DNA of 64,000 nucleotides, taken from positions 1 through 64,000 of the forward strand of contig JAWXBZ010000235.1 in the NCBI GenBank assembly GCA_034440375.1. The letters are read 5' to 3'. Source of the stretch: Candidatus Eiseniibacteriota bacterium (GTDB lineage Bacteria > Eisenbacteria > RBG-16-71-46 > JABDJR01 > JAWXBZ01). This document shows positions 1 through 10,591 of the stretch, in pieces; the stretch's first letter is position 1; each line of letters starts with the position of its first letter. The position numbers and the translations under genes are program-made. The notes below the pieces were generated by a model. The model did not search any database. It saw nothing but the letters and a program-made list of their open reading frames with translations, and was not told the DNA's origin.

Positions 1-2
1 GT

Positions 3-113
3 CATGCGCCGGTCGGGGGAGGGAGCGGTGGGCGGGCCGCCGCCGGCGTCTACTTCCTTCGATTGGAAGCCGGCAGCCGGCATGAAGTTCGACGCGTCGT
101 GATCAGTCGGTAA
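3..113 (+). CDS. 3' end of a secreted protein with a FlgD-Ig/T9SS type A-like C-terminal sorting domain (partial)
   Basis: My translation of frame 3 reads ...GRAAAGVYFLRLEAGSRHEVRRVVISR*, with TAA at 111-113. GxYFxRL followed by a basic terminal beta strand is typical of such tails. It is not in the ORF track. Confidence 0.7.
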   Translation, partial: HAPVGGGSGGRAAAGVYFLRLEAGSRHEVRRVVISR

Positions 114-140
114 GGTAGAGAGCCGGGTGCCGTGAGACAT

Positions 141-1076
141 TCAGCCTTGCCCAGAAAGCCGCGCCAACCAATCATCGTAAATCGCATTCAGTGTCGATTC
201 CAGCGCGTGTCGCGGTTTCCACCCGGTGGCCTGCCGGAGCTTTTGGCTTTCGCCGTACCGAAGGAGTGATTGACCCGGGCGCGCCAGTATTTCCGGTTGG
301 ATGATGGTTATCGGCACACCGGCACGCATCTGATAGTGACTCAGCAGCTCGCTGATCGGGCGGGGCGTGCCGGATGCCACGTTGTACACCTCGCCGGGCA
401 CCCCCGCGGTTGTCGCCAGGCAGAGCGCCTCCACCGCGTCCCGCCAATCGATGAAGTCCCGGGCCACGCGCAGGTCGCCGGTTTCGATTCGGGGCGGCTG
501 GAGGCCCAGCGCCACGCGGGCTGTCTGCATGGCAAAGTTCGATGCGACGAAACGGTCTCCCTGGCCCGGACCGATCACGTTGAACAGCCGCACGCGGATT
601 ATCGGCATGCCGTGCTCCGAGTGATATTCGATCCCCAGCGCCTCCTGCATCCGCTTCGCTTCGGCGTAGGGATTCCCGGGTTCGATCGGAGTCAGTTCGT
701 CAAAGGGGAGGAGATCCGGGTCGGGCCGATAACCGTCCGCGGTCCCGGCCAGCAGGATGCGCGGCAGGGGATCGAGCCTGCGGGCTGCATCGAGGAGATG
801 TCGCGTACCGTCCACGTGCGCGGCATGGAATCCTTCTGGATCGCGGCGCGAATCGGGCACGAACGACGGCCCGGCCAGGTGATAGATGACCGTCGGGCGT
901 GATCGCAGAACCAATTCCCGCACGGCCAGCGGATAGGTGATGTCGATTCCGCCCCGGCGGGAGAGTCCGTGCACCTCGTGAGTGTCCGCCGCCAGCGCCG
1001 CCACCAGGTGACGCCCGATGAAACCGGAATCGCCGGTGACCAGGATGGCGGTGGCAGGGCCCGTCGGGTGCGTCAT
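141..1076 (-). CDS. NAD-dependent epimerase/dehydratase, GDP-mannose 4,6-dehydratase/Rmd-like
   Basis: Motifs ILVTGDSGFIG (Rossmann), YHLAG, PYAEAK (YxxxK), RLFNVIGPGQ and RDFID. Start taken at ATG 1076. Confidence 0.85.
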   Translation of the reverse strand: MTHPTGPATAILVTGDSGFIGRHLVAALAADTHEVHGLSRRGGIDITYPLAVRELVLRSRPTVIYHLAGPSFVPDSRRDPEGFHAAHVDGTRHLLDAARRLDPLPRILLAGTADGYRPDPDLLPFDELTPIEPGNPYAEAKRMQEALGIEYHSEHGMPIIRVRLFNVIGPGQGDRFVASNFAMQTARVALGLQPPRIETGDLRVARDFIDWRDAVEALCLATTAGVPGEVYNVASGTPRPISELLSHYQMRAGVPITIIQPEILARPGQSLLRYGESQKLRQATGWKPRHALESTLNAIYDDWLARLSGQG

Positions 1077-1127
1077 GACGGTGCATGTTGCCAGCCGGGG
1101 AGTCCGCCGCCAATGGCACCGTGGCGT

Positions 1128-1156
1128 TTGCCCGCCGACTCCGCCCCGCCTATACT
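1128..1156 (+). promoter_or_regulatory. sigma70-type promoter of glyQS, probably leaderless
   Basis: TTGCCC-17 nt-TATACT lies 9 nt before ATG 1166, with no SD sequence. Confidence 0.6.
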
Positions 1157-1165
1157 CCGCGCCCG

Positions 1166-2104
1166 ATGAAAATCCATGACACGCCGACATTTCAGGAGAT
1201 GCTGCTCCGCCTGGAGCGATACTGGTCGGATCTGGGCTGTACCATCCTGCAGCCGTACCCTTCCGAAGTTGGGGCGGGCACGTTCAATCCGGCCACGTTT
1301 CTTCGCGCTCTCGGACCGGAACCGTGGAACGTGGCGTACGTCGAGCCGTCCCGACGTCCCAAGGACGGACGCTACGGCGAAAACCCCAACCGGATGCAGA
1401 ACTTCTATCAGTACCAAGTTCTACTGAAGCCGGCGCCCGACAACGTCCTTGAACTCTATGAGAAGAGTCTCGTGGCCATGGGCATTGATCTCAAACGCCA
1501 CGACCTTCGGTACGTCGAAGACGATTGGGAAAGCCCGACGTTGGGCGCGTGGGGCCTCGGCTGGGAAGTCTGGCTGGACGGCATGGAGGTGACTCAATTC
1601 ACCTACTTCCAGCAGGTCGGCTCGATCGACCTGGACCTGACCTCGGCCGAGATCACCTACGGCATCGAGCGGATCGCCACTTATCTCCAGGGCGTGGATC
1701 GCGTCATGGATCTCCAGTGGACGAAGGATCTTGCCTGGTCCGATCTTTTCCTGAAAAGTGAAGTGGAGTGGTGCCACTACAATTTCGAGGAGGCCAACAC
1801 GGAATTTCTGTTCCATAACTTTGGCGCCAATGAAGCCGAAGCGCAGAGACTGCTGGCCAGGGGATTCGTGGCCCCGGGATATGACCATGTCATCAAGTGC
1901 AGCCACGCCTTCAATCTCCTCGAAGCCCGCGGCGCCATCAGCGTGACCGAGCGGACCGGCTACATCGGTCGTGTGCGCAAGCTGGCGCGTCTGGCGGCGC
2001 TGGCTTACCAGGAGCAGCGGAAGACGCTCGAGTGGCCGCTGTTGAAGCCGGGGCCGGAGCGGGAGGCCTGGCTGGCGAAGGTGGCGGCGGAGTCCCCGGC
2101 ATGA
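1166..2104 (+). CDS. glyQ: glycine--tRNA ligase alpha subunit
   Basis: Motifs [45 protein letters not shown] and EITYGIER. Confidence 0.98.
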   Translation: MKIHDTPTFQEMLLRLERYWSDLGCTILQPYPSEVGAGTFNPATFLRALGPEPWNVAYVEPSRRPKDGRYGENPNRMQNFYQYQVLLKPAPDNVLELYEKSLVAMGIDLKRHDLRYVEDDWESPTLGAWGLGWEVWLDGMEVTQFTYFQQVGSIDLDLTSAEITYGIERIATYLQGVDRVMDLQWTKDLAWSDLFLKSEVEWCHYNFEEANTEFLFHNFGANEAEAQRLLARGFVAPGYDHVIKCSHAFNLLEARGAISVTERTGYIGRVRKLARLAALAYQEQRKTLEWPLLKPGPEREAWLAKVAAESPA

Positions 2105-4224
2105 CCCGTCAATTCCTCCTCGAAATCGGCACCGAGGAAATACCGGCCGGTTATCTTTGCCCGGCGGGAGATTACCTGCACAAGAGCATCACCGATGGCC
2201 TCGCGGAGCGTCGTCTCCCGGCGGATCGAATCGAGGTTCATGTCGCGCCGCGTCGTCTCATCGTCCTGATTCATGGCCTGGCGGACGGACAGGCCGACCT
2301 GTCGAAGGAGGTCATGGGTCCGGCATCGAAGGCGGCGTTCACGCCGGATGGTGCCTTGACCCGTGCGGGAGAGGGTTTCGCTCGCGGGCAGGGGGCCCTT
2401 CCATCGGCGCTTCGCCGCGTTGAAACACCGAAGGGCGAATATGTGGCCGTCACCGTTCACGTCGTCGGCCGGCCGGTGGGGGACATCCTCCTCGAGTGGC
2501 TGCCGGACCTCATCCGAACGATCCCGTTTCCGAAGAGCATGAAATGGTGCGGCGACACGCTCCGCTTTGCCCGTCCGATCCGCTGGCTGGTGGCGCTTCT
2601 CGATCAGGAGGTCGTGCCGCTCCAGGTTGGATCGATCCAGGCCGGTCGAACCAGCCGCGGCCATCGCCTCGTGACACAGGATCCCGTGGTCATCGACCGG
2701 CCCGAGAGCATCCTGCCGGCACTGGAAGCGGCGGGCGTACTGGCCGATTTCGAGGTCCGCCGTGCGCGGGTCCGGATGGAGATCGAGTCGGTGGCCGGCA
2801 AGTCATCCACCCGGATTGTCTCTGATGACGACCTGGTCGATGAAGTGACGAACCTCGTGGAGTGGCCGACGGCCGTCATCGGCTCATTCGACGCGGAGTA
2901 CCTGGCGCTGCCACGCGAGGTGATTATCACGGCCATGAAGGCCCACCAGCGGTACTTCGCCGTGGAAGGCCTGGATGGAGTCCTTCGCCCGAACTTCATC
3001 ACCGTGGCCAACGGACGTTGGGACGACACGAGCCGGGTCGTGGCCGGCAACGAACGGGTCCTCCGCGCCCGGCTGGCCGATGCGCGCTTCTACTGGGACA
3101 CCGATCGAAAGATCGGCCTCGTGAACAAGGTCGACGAATTGAAGTCCGTCGTCTGGCTGGAGGGTGCCGGGACGCTGCACGACCGCGTCATCCGTATCGA
3201 GCGGATGGTGGACTGGCTTGGCAGAAATCTTAGAACCTCCGCCGGACACCCGGTTGTCGACGCGGCCACGCTCGCCATCGCCGCCCGCGTCGCCCACCTG
3301 GCCAAGGCCGATCTCGCCACGGACATGATCCGGGACGGCAAGGAGTTCACCAGCCTGCAGGGGATCATCGGAGGCCACTACGCCCGAATTGGCGGAGAAC
3401 CCGAGGCCGTGGTCACCGGCATCTCCGAGCACTATCTACCGAAGGGGCCCGGCGATTCGCTGCCGAGCACGACGCCCGGCCTTCTCGTCAGCCTGGCCGA
3501 TCGCCTCGACGTCATTGTCGGTTGCTTCGCGATCGGCCTGATCCCTTCCGGCAGCCAGGACCCCTATGCGCTTCGCCGCGCCGCCAACGGCATCATGCGC
3601 ATGCTGCTTGAGATGGGGTGGCACATCGATCTGACGGAAGCCATCGTGTTCGGGCTCGGCGGATTGCCAGGGACGGCTTTCAAGGGCCCCGCGGAGTCCG
3701 CGCCGCCACGCATCCAGGAGTTTCTTCGCGACCGACTCGACTACTTTCTTCGCGAGTCGGGCCAGCCGTACGACGTCGTGGCGGCCACGCTGGCCGGCGG
3801 TGCCAATGATCCGGTCGACGCCCGGGCCAGGGGCAGCGCCCTGGCGGTCATTCGGGGCGACGCCGATCTCGCGAAGCTGGTCATCGGTTACAAGCGGGCC
3901 GCCAATATTTTGAAAGGCGTCACCGAAGTCATTCCATCACTGGCGTCCGATCCGATGTCCGGCGCCGAACCGGTCGAGGCCGCACTTCATGCCGCCGCCG
4001 TGGAAGCCCGCGCCGCCGTCGACCAGGCCATCCAGCGCGTCGACTACCCTGCCGCCGTCGCCGCTTTCCTCAAACTCCGCGCCCCGATTGACGCTTTCTT
4101 TGCAGGCGTCATGGTCATGTCGAAGGATGATGCCGAGCGCCATCGACGGTTGGGGTTACTCGTCGAAGTGCGGTCGATCTTCGACCGGTTGTTTGATCTG
4201 TCGAAAATCGTCGTCGAGGGGTAA
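2101..4224 (+). CDS. glyS: glycine--tRNA ligase beta subunit
   Basis: Motifs [37 protein letters not shown] and [14 protein letters not shown] overlap with glyQ. Confidence 0.97.
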   Translation: MTRQFLLEIGTEEIPAGYLCPAGDYLHKSITDGLAERRLPADRIEVHVAPRRLIVLIHGLADGQADLSKEVMGPASKAAFTPDGALTRAGEGFARGQGALPSALRRVETPKGEYVAVTVHVVGRPVGDILLEWLPDLIRTIPFPKSMKWCGDTLRFARPIRWLVALLDQEVVPLQVGSIQAGRTSRGHRLVTQDPVVIDRPESILPALEAAGVLADFEVRRARVRMEIESVAGKSSTRIVSDDDLVDEVTNLVEWPTAVIGSFDAEYLALPREVIITAMKAHQRYFAVEGLDGVLRPNFITVANGRWDDTSRVVAGNERVLRARLADARFYWDTDRKIGLVNKVDELKSVVWLEGAGTLHDRVIRIERMVDWLGRNLRTSAGHPVVDAATLAIAARVAHLAKADLATDMIRDGKEFTSLQGIIGGHYARIGGEPEAVVTGISEHYLPKGPGDSLPSTTPGLLVSLADRLDVIVGCFAIGLIPSGSQDPYALRRAANGIMRMLLEMGWHIDLTEAIVFGLGGLPGTAFKGPAESAPPRIQEFLRDRLDYFLRESGQPYDVVAATLAGGANDPVDARARGSALAVIRGDADLAKLVIGYKRAANILKGVTEVIPSLASDPMSGAEPVEAALHAAAVEARAAVDQAIQRVDYPAAVAAFLKLRAPIDAFFAGVMVMSKDDAERHRRLGLLVEVRSIFDRLFDLSKIVVEG

Positions 4225-4245
4225 GGACCGCGGGTCGATTTTCAC

Positions 4246-5685
4246 CTATCCCCGCCGGACCACCTTCACCAAAGCCCCCTTCGCCGGAACGTCCTTCCCG
4301 AAGGCATTGTTCAGCCAGGCCAGCTTGTCGAGCGGCAGGGCAAGATCTTTCTCCTTGCTGAAAATTTCGTCATAGCTCCTGCCGCCGGGGGCGGTGACCA
4401 GGTCAATTCGATCGGGCCGCGCGTTGCGCTTGGTGGCGTCCCGGATGGGCCCGAGCGAGGTGACGACGTTCTGGAATCGGCCGTTGGCATCCGTGGCGCC
4501 GGGGATCCCCAGCAGCTGATAGAGCTGTTTCTCACCCTTCTCGATGAAGGCAAGGGCAAAATCGCCGGGGCCCTGCGGTCCCTTGGCGGTGACGCGGCCG
4601 ACCCAGGCCTGCTGGCCGTTGATCATGCGGGTCTTGCCCACCACGTTGGTGATCTCCCCTTTTTGCTTCAGGTAGTCGACATAGGCGGCGGGGTCGGAGG
4701 GGCCTTCGCCGGTATCTTCCATCGTGAGCTGGATGGCGGACTGGCCGTCGGTGGCTGAGACGTTCGCGGCGTTGTTGGTCACCTTCCAGCCGTTGGGCCA
4801 GGTCAGCTCGATGTTGAGCCCGGGGTGATAGAAGACGTTTGCTTCGAGATATCCCGCCTCGGGATCGACGCCGTACACCATGCCGTCGAGTCGATTCTTG
4901 TAAGCGTCGGCGCTGACGCTCCAGATGGACGTGGTGTTGCCGGTGACCGCCTTCTGGGCCAGCGTGGACGTGCGTGATTTTCGATCGCCTGGATCGGGGT
5001 GCGTGGAGAGAAAGCTGGGGATGGCGTCACCGGTGCTCGAGGAAAGTCGGCCGAGCATGTCGTAGGTGGACGGCACCTCGCGCGGGTCATATCCGAGTCG
5101 GACCATGTAGCGGATGCCGAGCTCGTCGGCCTCGTTCTCGTCATCACGGCCGAACTTGAGGAGCAAAAGGCCAGCCCCGGTCTGCAGGGCCTCTCCGTAA
5201 CGCGCCACATCGGGGGACAGGATCATCCCGGCCAGGAGCCCCACGCTGGCGAGTTGCTGGTTCGTGATCCGTTGCGCCGTGTGCCGGGCGGTCACATGAC
5301 CGATTTCATGGCCCACGATGCCGGCCAGCTGGGCCTCGCTGTTCAGGGCGGCCATGATGCCGCGCGTGATGTAGATGTATCCACCCGGCAGCGCGAAGGC
5401 GTTGACGACGTCCGAGTCCAGCAGGCGGAAATGCCATTTCAGGCTCGGCAACTCCGACTGGGCGGCAAGCTTCTGACCGACCTCATCCAGATGCCGCGTC
5501 AGGGTCGTGTCGCCGTAAGTGCCGTACTGGGCCAGGATGCGCTTGTCTTCCTCCCGGCCGATCTCGATTTCCTTATCCCGGGAGACGAACGACACTTCCT
5601 TCTTGCCGGTGGCGGGATTGGTGGCACAACCGGAAAAGGCACCGAGGCCGATCAGAAGAACGGCGGCGATGGTCAGACGGATCAT
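4246..5685 (-). CDS. M48 family zinc metalloprotease lipoprotein (BepA/YfgC-like)
   Basis: Lipobox FSGC; motifs NAFALPGG, HEIGH (HExxH), ENEAD and FLSTHP; C-terminal extension. Confidence 0.9.
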   Translation of the reverse strand: MIRLTIAAVLLIGLGAFSGCATNPATGKKEVSFVSRDKEIEIGREEDKRILAQYGTYGDTTLTRHLDEVGQKLAAQSELPSLKWHFRLLDSDVVNAFALPGGYIYITRGIMAALNSEAQLAGIVGHEIGHVTARHTAQRITNQQLASVGLLAGMILSPDVARYGEALQTGAGLLLLKFGRDDENEADELGIRYMVRLGYDPREVPSTYDMLGRLSSSTGDAIPSFLSTHPDPGDRKSRTSTLAQKAVTGNTTSIWSVSADAYKNRLDGMVYGVDPEAGYLEANVFYHPGLNIELTWPNGWKVTNNAANVSATDGQSAIQLTMEDTGEGPSDPAAYVDYLKQKGEITNVVGKTRMINGQQAWVGRVTAKGPQGPGDFALAFIEKGEKQLYQLLGIPGATDANGRFQNVVTSLGPIRDATKRNARPDRIDLVTAPGGRSYDEIFSKEKDLALPLDKLAWLNNAFGKDVPAKGALVKVVRRG

Positions 5686-5829
5686 GAAGGTGGGTTCTCC
5701 TCTTAGTTCGTGTCGGAATGGCAAATGCGTCTCTTTGAGCCTAGCGGATCGGGTGTCGATTGGACAGCAAACCTGTCTTCCCGACCGGCGGCCGCAGGCA
5801 GCGGATACCCTTGATGGGCCACTTTTCTC

Positions 5830-5858
5830 TTGAGGCTTGCGCCGCCGGGTGTTACGTT
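5830..5858 (+). promoter_or_regulatory. putative sigma70 promoter of the pyr operon
   Basis: TTGAGG-17 nt-TACGTT with an extended TG, just upstream of the attenuator. Confidence 0.5.
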
Positions 5859-5885
5859 CCCCGGGCGTTTGAATTCGGTTCTATC

Positions 5886-5967
5886 GTTCCTTTAAGTCGG
5901 GCCTGTGAGTCCGCCAAGGAGCAGAGGCGTCATGTTATTGAATTACAATAACTTGCATCCGCTCCTT
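5886..5967 (+). promoter_or_regulatory. PyrR-binding RNA hairpin (anti-antiterminator) and overlapping antiterminator
   Basis: CCTTTAA...GGGC-CTGTGA-GTCC...AAGG carries the CNGNGA hexaloop. AAGGAGC (5916-5922) can pair alternatively with GCTCCTT (5961-5967). Confidence 0.85.
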
Positions 5968-5994
5968 CGCGCAGTTTGCGAGGGGGCTTTTTTT
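5961..5994 (+). terminator. attenuator intrinsic terminator upstream of pyrR
   Basis: Stem GCTCCTTCGC / GCGAGGGGGC followed by T7. Confidence 0.9.
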
Positions 5995-6057
5995 GTCTCC
6001 CGCCCGGAAGCCGACACCCGTTCAACGGGAAATGCCGGAAGTGATTCGTCGAGGTGA

Positions 6058-6642
<585 letters not shown>

Positions 6643-6648
6643 CACGTC

Positions 6649-7605
6649 ATGCGGATGGACGACAAGCGGGATCTGCTCGATCTCGAGAGCCTGTCCAGCG
6701 TCGAGATCGTCGACCTGCTCGACACGACCCGGAGCATGCGGCAGGTCATCGACCGGCCGGTGAAGAAAGTGCCGGCACTTCGCGGCAAGACCGTGGCCAA
6801 TCTCTTCTACGAGCCGTCGACGCGGACGCGGCTCTCGTTCGAGCTGGCGGAAAAGCGACTTACCGCCGACTCGATCAACTTCTCGACGTCGGGAAGCTCC
6901 GTGGCCAAGGGGGAGACGCTTCGCGATACGGTGCGCAACATCGAGGCGATGGGCGTCGACTTCGTGGTCCTGCGCCACGGCTCCTCGGGTGCCGCCCACT
7001 TCGTGGCTCGCGAGGTGAAGGCCAGCGTCATCAACGCCGGTGATGGCACCCATGAGCACCCGACGCAGGGCCTGCTCGACGTGTACACCATCCGCGAAAA
7101 ACTCGGGAAGGTGGCTGGACTCCGGGTGGCCATCGTCGGTGACATAGCCCACAGCCGGGTTGCACGGTCGAACATCTGGGCGCTGACGAAACTTGGGGCG
7201 GAGGTCGTCGTCTGCGGCCCGACGACACTGATCCCCGCCGACGTCGAATTGATGGGCGTTACCGTCAGCCACCAGGTGGAGGAGGCGCTGGAAGGGGCGC
7301 ACGTCGTCAACATCCTGCGAATCCAGCAGGAGCGCCTCAAATCAAACCTGTTGCCGAGCCTTCGCGAGTACGCCCTCCAGTTCAGCGTCACGAGCGAACG
7401 GCTGCGCGTGGCTCATCCGGAGGTCTTGATCATGCACCCCGGCCCGATGAACCGCGGAATCGAGATTGCACAGGAAGTGGCCGAGGACGGACGCAATGTC
7501 ATCCTCGACCAGGTCACCAACGGTGTGGCCGTCCGAATGGCCGTCCTCTACCATCTGTCCGGCGGCGAATCGCTGCTGCCGGTTGGCCTCGAAGGAGTCG
7601 CCTGA
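6649..7605 (+). CDS. pyrB: aspartate carbamoyltransferase catalytic subunit
   Basis: Motifs FYEPSTRTRLSF, NAGDG-EHPTQ, RIQQER and MHPGP. Confidence 0.97.
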   Translation: MRMDDKRDLLDLESLSSVEIVDLLDTTRSMRQVIDRPVKKVPALRGKTVANLFYEPSTRTRLSFELAEKRLTADSINFSTSGSSVAKGETLRDTVRNIEAMGVDFVVLRHGSSGAAHFVAREVKASVINAGDGTHEHPTQGLLDVYTIREKLGKVAGLRVAIVGDIAHSRVARSNIWALTKLGAEVVVCGPTTLIPADVELMGVTVSHQVEEALEGAHVVNILRIQQERLKSNLLPSLREYALQFSVTSERLRVAHPEVLIMHPGPMNRGIEIAQEVAEDGRNVILDQVTNGVAVRMAVLYHLSGGESLLPVGLEGVA

Positions 7606-8963
7606 TGAATGCCCGTTCTTTCCAGCGACTGGCGCTCTGGGACAGTCATGACCGGCCGCTCGAGCTGCAGGGAGCGGAGATTCTCGATTCCGGCACCGGC
7701 CGGATGAACCGTCAGGACATCTGGGTGGTGGACGGGCGGATTCACTTCCAGAAGCCCGAAGGTACAACCCCCATCGTCTTCAAACTTGATGGCGCCACGC
7801 TGTTCCCCCGCCTCATCGACGTCCACGTCCACCTGCGCGAACCCGGGTTCGAGGAAGCCGAAACAGTCGCCACCGGTGCCCTGGCCGCGGCCAAGGGCGG
7901 ATTTTCCGCCATCTGCTGCATGCCGAATACGGAGCCGCCGATCGACGATGCGGCCACCATCCGCTACGTTCTCGAACAGGCCGAGCGAGCCGGCGGCGCG
8001 AAGGTGTACCCGTTCGCCTGCATCACGCGGGGTCGGAAAGGCGAGACGCTGGCCGACATGTTCGAGCTGGCCGAGGCCGGTGCCCGGGGATTCAGTGACG
8101 ATGGCAGTCCGGTGATGAACGCCGAGATCATGCGCCGGGCCCTTGAATACTCCAAAATGATGGGTCTGCCGATCGTGGCCCACGAGGAAGACACCCACCT
8201 GGCCGGCCCAGGTTGCGTGCACGAGGGGGCGGTGGCCACGCGCGTCGGCCTCCGCGGCATCCCGCGGGAAGCCGAGGACATCATGGTGGCGCGCGATATC
8301 GCCCTGGTGCGGTTGACCGGTGGGCGGTTGCATATCTGCCATGTCTCGTCGAAACACACGGTCGAGCTGGTTCGTCAGGCCAAGCGCGAAGGACTGCCGG
8401 TCACCGCCGAGGTCACGCCGCATCATCTGGTCCTGACGCATGAGCGGATTGCGGGGTATGACACCAACTTCAAGCTGAACCCGCCGCTTCGCGAGGAGTC
8501 CGATCGACTGGCACTGCTCGAGGGGCTTCTGGATGGCACGCTCGACTGCATTGCCACGGATCATGCGCCGCATACCGCCATTGCCAAGCAGGTGGAGTTC
8601 GATCGGGCACCCATGGGGGTCACCGGTCTGGAGACGGCCCTCTCCATCTGCCTTACCGACCTGGTGAACCCGGGGCTCGTGCCACTGGACACCGTTCTCC
8701 GTGCCCTGGGTCCCCATCCCGCCGCCCTCCTTGGCGAGAGCTGGACGCCGATCCAGGATGGCGCGCCGGCCGATTTCACCGCGATCGACCTCAAACGAAC
8801 CTGGACCGTATCGACCGACAGCTTCGTCTCGAAGTCGGCCAACTCCTCGTTTCTTGGCCGCGAACTGGCCGGCGTTACGCTCCTGACACTCGTTGATGGT
8901 CGCGTCGCCTGGTCCGATCCGTCCGTTGTGCCGGTTCAACAATCCGCGGCCCGGGTTTCGTGA
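7605..8963 (+). CDS. pyrC: dihydroorotase
   Basis: Motifs DVHVHLREPG, MPNTEP, HICHVS, EVTPHHL, NPPLR and ATDHAPH. Confidence 0.95.
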   Translation: MNARSFQRLALWDSHDRPLELQGAEILDSGTGRMNRQDIWVVDGRIHFQKPEGTTPIVFKLDGATLFPRLIDVHVHLREPGFEEAETVATGALAAAKGGFSAICCMPNTEPPIDDAATIRYVLEQAERAGGAKVYPFACITRGRKGETLADMFELAEAGARGFSDDGSPVMNAEIMRRALEYSKMMGLPIVAHEEDTHLAGPGCVHEGAVATRVGLRGIPREAEDIMVARDIALVRLTGGRLHICHVSSKHTVELVRQAKREGLPVTAEVTPHHLVLTHERIAGYDTNFKLNPPLREESDRLALLEGLLDGTLDCIATDHAPHTAIAKQVEFDRAPMGVTGLETALSICLTDLVNPGLVPLDTVLRALGPHPAALLGESWTPIQDGAPADFTAIDLKRTWTVSTDSFVSKSANSSFLGRELAGVTLLTLVDGRVAWSDPSVVPVQQSAARVS

Positions 8964-10588
8964 ACCGGACCAGCGAGTCTTCCCGCCCGGCCGGCGGTTC
9001 CGGGCCCTTCGGCCCCCTGTCAGCCCTCCGTCCGCACGACGCGCTGCTGGCACTCGAGGACGGCACGGTCTTTCGCGGCTGGTCGTGCGGCGCTCCGGGC
9101 GAAATGTCGGGCGAACTGGTCTTCAATACCTCGATGATGGGGTATCCGGAGATCATCACCGATCCGTCGTATCGCGGGCAGATTGTCACGTTCACCTATC
9201 CGCTGATCGGCAACTACGGCATCAACGCCGCCGATGCCGAAAGCCCGAAACCCTTCCTTTCCGGCGTCGTGGTCCGGACGATGTGCGGCGAACCATCCAG
9301 CTGGCGTTCGAAGGAAAGCCTTCCCGACTACCTCCGCCGTCACCGCGTCGTGGCGATTGAAGGGGTCGACACCCGGGCGCTCACGCGTCGGCTCCGCACC
9401 GCCGGTGTCATGCGTGCCGTCCTCTCAACGCGCGACCTGAACAGCGAGAGTCTCGTGTCCAAGGCCCGTCTGTCACCAGGCCTCGTCGGCCGCGATCTGG
9501 TCGCCGAAGTGACACCTTTCGAGGCGACACCCTGGCTAGCTCCGGCGGCTGTCGCCGCCGGAGACGCCAACGCACACGGCAACACCCGGGCACACGGGGC
9601 AATGGTCGCCGGTGCAGCCACCCAACGCCTCAGCACATCGTCATCCTCATCTTCAACATCAACATCCACAGCCTCCCAAGACCGCTTCATTCCCAACGAC
9701 CCCATCACCGCCCGCTTTCGCGAAATTCCCGCCGACATCGAACTCACCGACGCCGATGTCCGGGGCGAAGCGCCGCGCATCGACCCGGCGGCGATGGCGG
9801 TCGAGGCGGCGATCGAGGCCCGGCGTTCCGGGGGACCCCTGGTGTTGCCAATCGTGGAGACGGTGTACCGCAGGCCCTCGGCCCGCGAGGTGGTGTCGGA
9901 CGGGGAGGGAGGCTTCGCGGCGGTTCAGAGGTCCGATGTCGATGAACCACCGGCGCTCAACCCGGCTGAAAGCGAATTGACTCCCAGTGTGGCCATCCTC
10001 CACTGCGGCATGAAAGCCAACATCGCCGAAGAACTGCGTCGGCGCGGCGCGCGGGTACGCATCTGGCCGGCTTCGACGCCGATCGCCGTGATTCTGGCCG
10101 ATCGTCCCGACGGGCTGGTCCTGTCCAACGGTCCGGGCGACCCGGAGGGAGTCGACGGCGTCGTGGCGGAAATCCGGCAGGCGATCGGGCAGGTGCCGAT
10201 CTTCGGCATCTGTCTCGGCATTCAGATGCTGGCGCTCGCTTTTGGCGCCAAAACCTACAAGCTCAAGTTCGGCCACCGGGGTGGAAATCAACCGGTCATC
10301 GATCTGACCACCGGCAAGATCGAAATCACCGCACAGAATCATGGCTTCGCAGTCGATGCCGAGTCGCTTCGGCCGGAGTCAGTCGATGATGTGCGGCACG
10401 GTCTGACCGTCACGCACCTCAATGTGAACGACGGTACCGTGGAGGGTTTTGAACACACCGGCCTCGACGTCGTGGCCGTTCAGTACCACCCCGAGGCCGC
10501 GCCGGGCCCCCATGACTCGGCTTACCTTTTCGATCGATTCCTCGAGCGGGTCAGGACGAGGATGGCTGCCGTGACCGGAGTGCGCTGA
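8960..10588 (+). CDS. carA: carbamoyl-phosphate synthase small subunit with a ~150-aa interdomain insertion
   Basis: Motifs LALEDG, GYPEIITDPSY, SNGPGDP, GICLG (catalytic Cys), QNHGFAV and QYHPEA. Confidence 0.95.
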   Translation: MNRTSESSRPAGGSGPFGPLSALRPHDALLALEDGTVFRGWSCGAPGEMSGELVFNTSMMGYPEIITDPSYRGQIVTFTYPLIGNYGINAADAESPKPFLSGVVVRTMCGEPSSWRSKESLPDYLRRHRVVAIEGVDTRALTRRLRTAGVMRAVLSTRDLNSESLVSKARLSPGLVGRDLVAEVTPFEATPWLAPAAVAAGDANAHGNTRAHGAMVAGAATQRLSTSSSSSSTSTSTASQDRFIPNDPITARFREIPADIELTDADVRGEAPRIDPAAMAVEAAIEARRSGGPLVLPIVETVYRRPSAREVVSDGEGGFAAVQRSDVDEPPALNPAESELTPSVAILHCGMKANIAEELRRRGARVRIWPASTPIAVILADRPDGLVLSNGPGDPEGVDGVVAEIRQAIGQVPIFGICLGIQMLALAFGAKTYKLKFGHRGGNQPVIDLTTGKIEITAQNHGFAVDAESLRPESVDDVRHGLTVTHLNVNDGTVEGFEHTGLDVVAVQYHPEAAPGPHDSAYLFDRFLERVRTRMAAVTGVR

Positions 10589-10591
10589 ATC

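Noticed and set aside
9536-9985. CarA insertion as an intein or intron
   Set aside because: There is no N-terminal Cys/Ser splice block, no terminal His-Asn before Cys/Ser/Thr and no endonuclease motifs. It lies in a variable linker and reads in frame.
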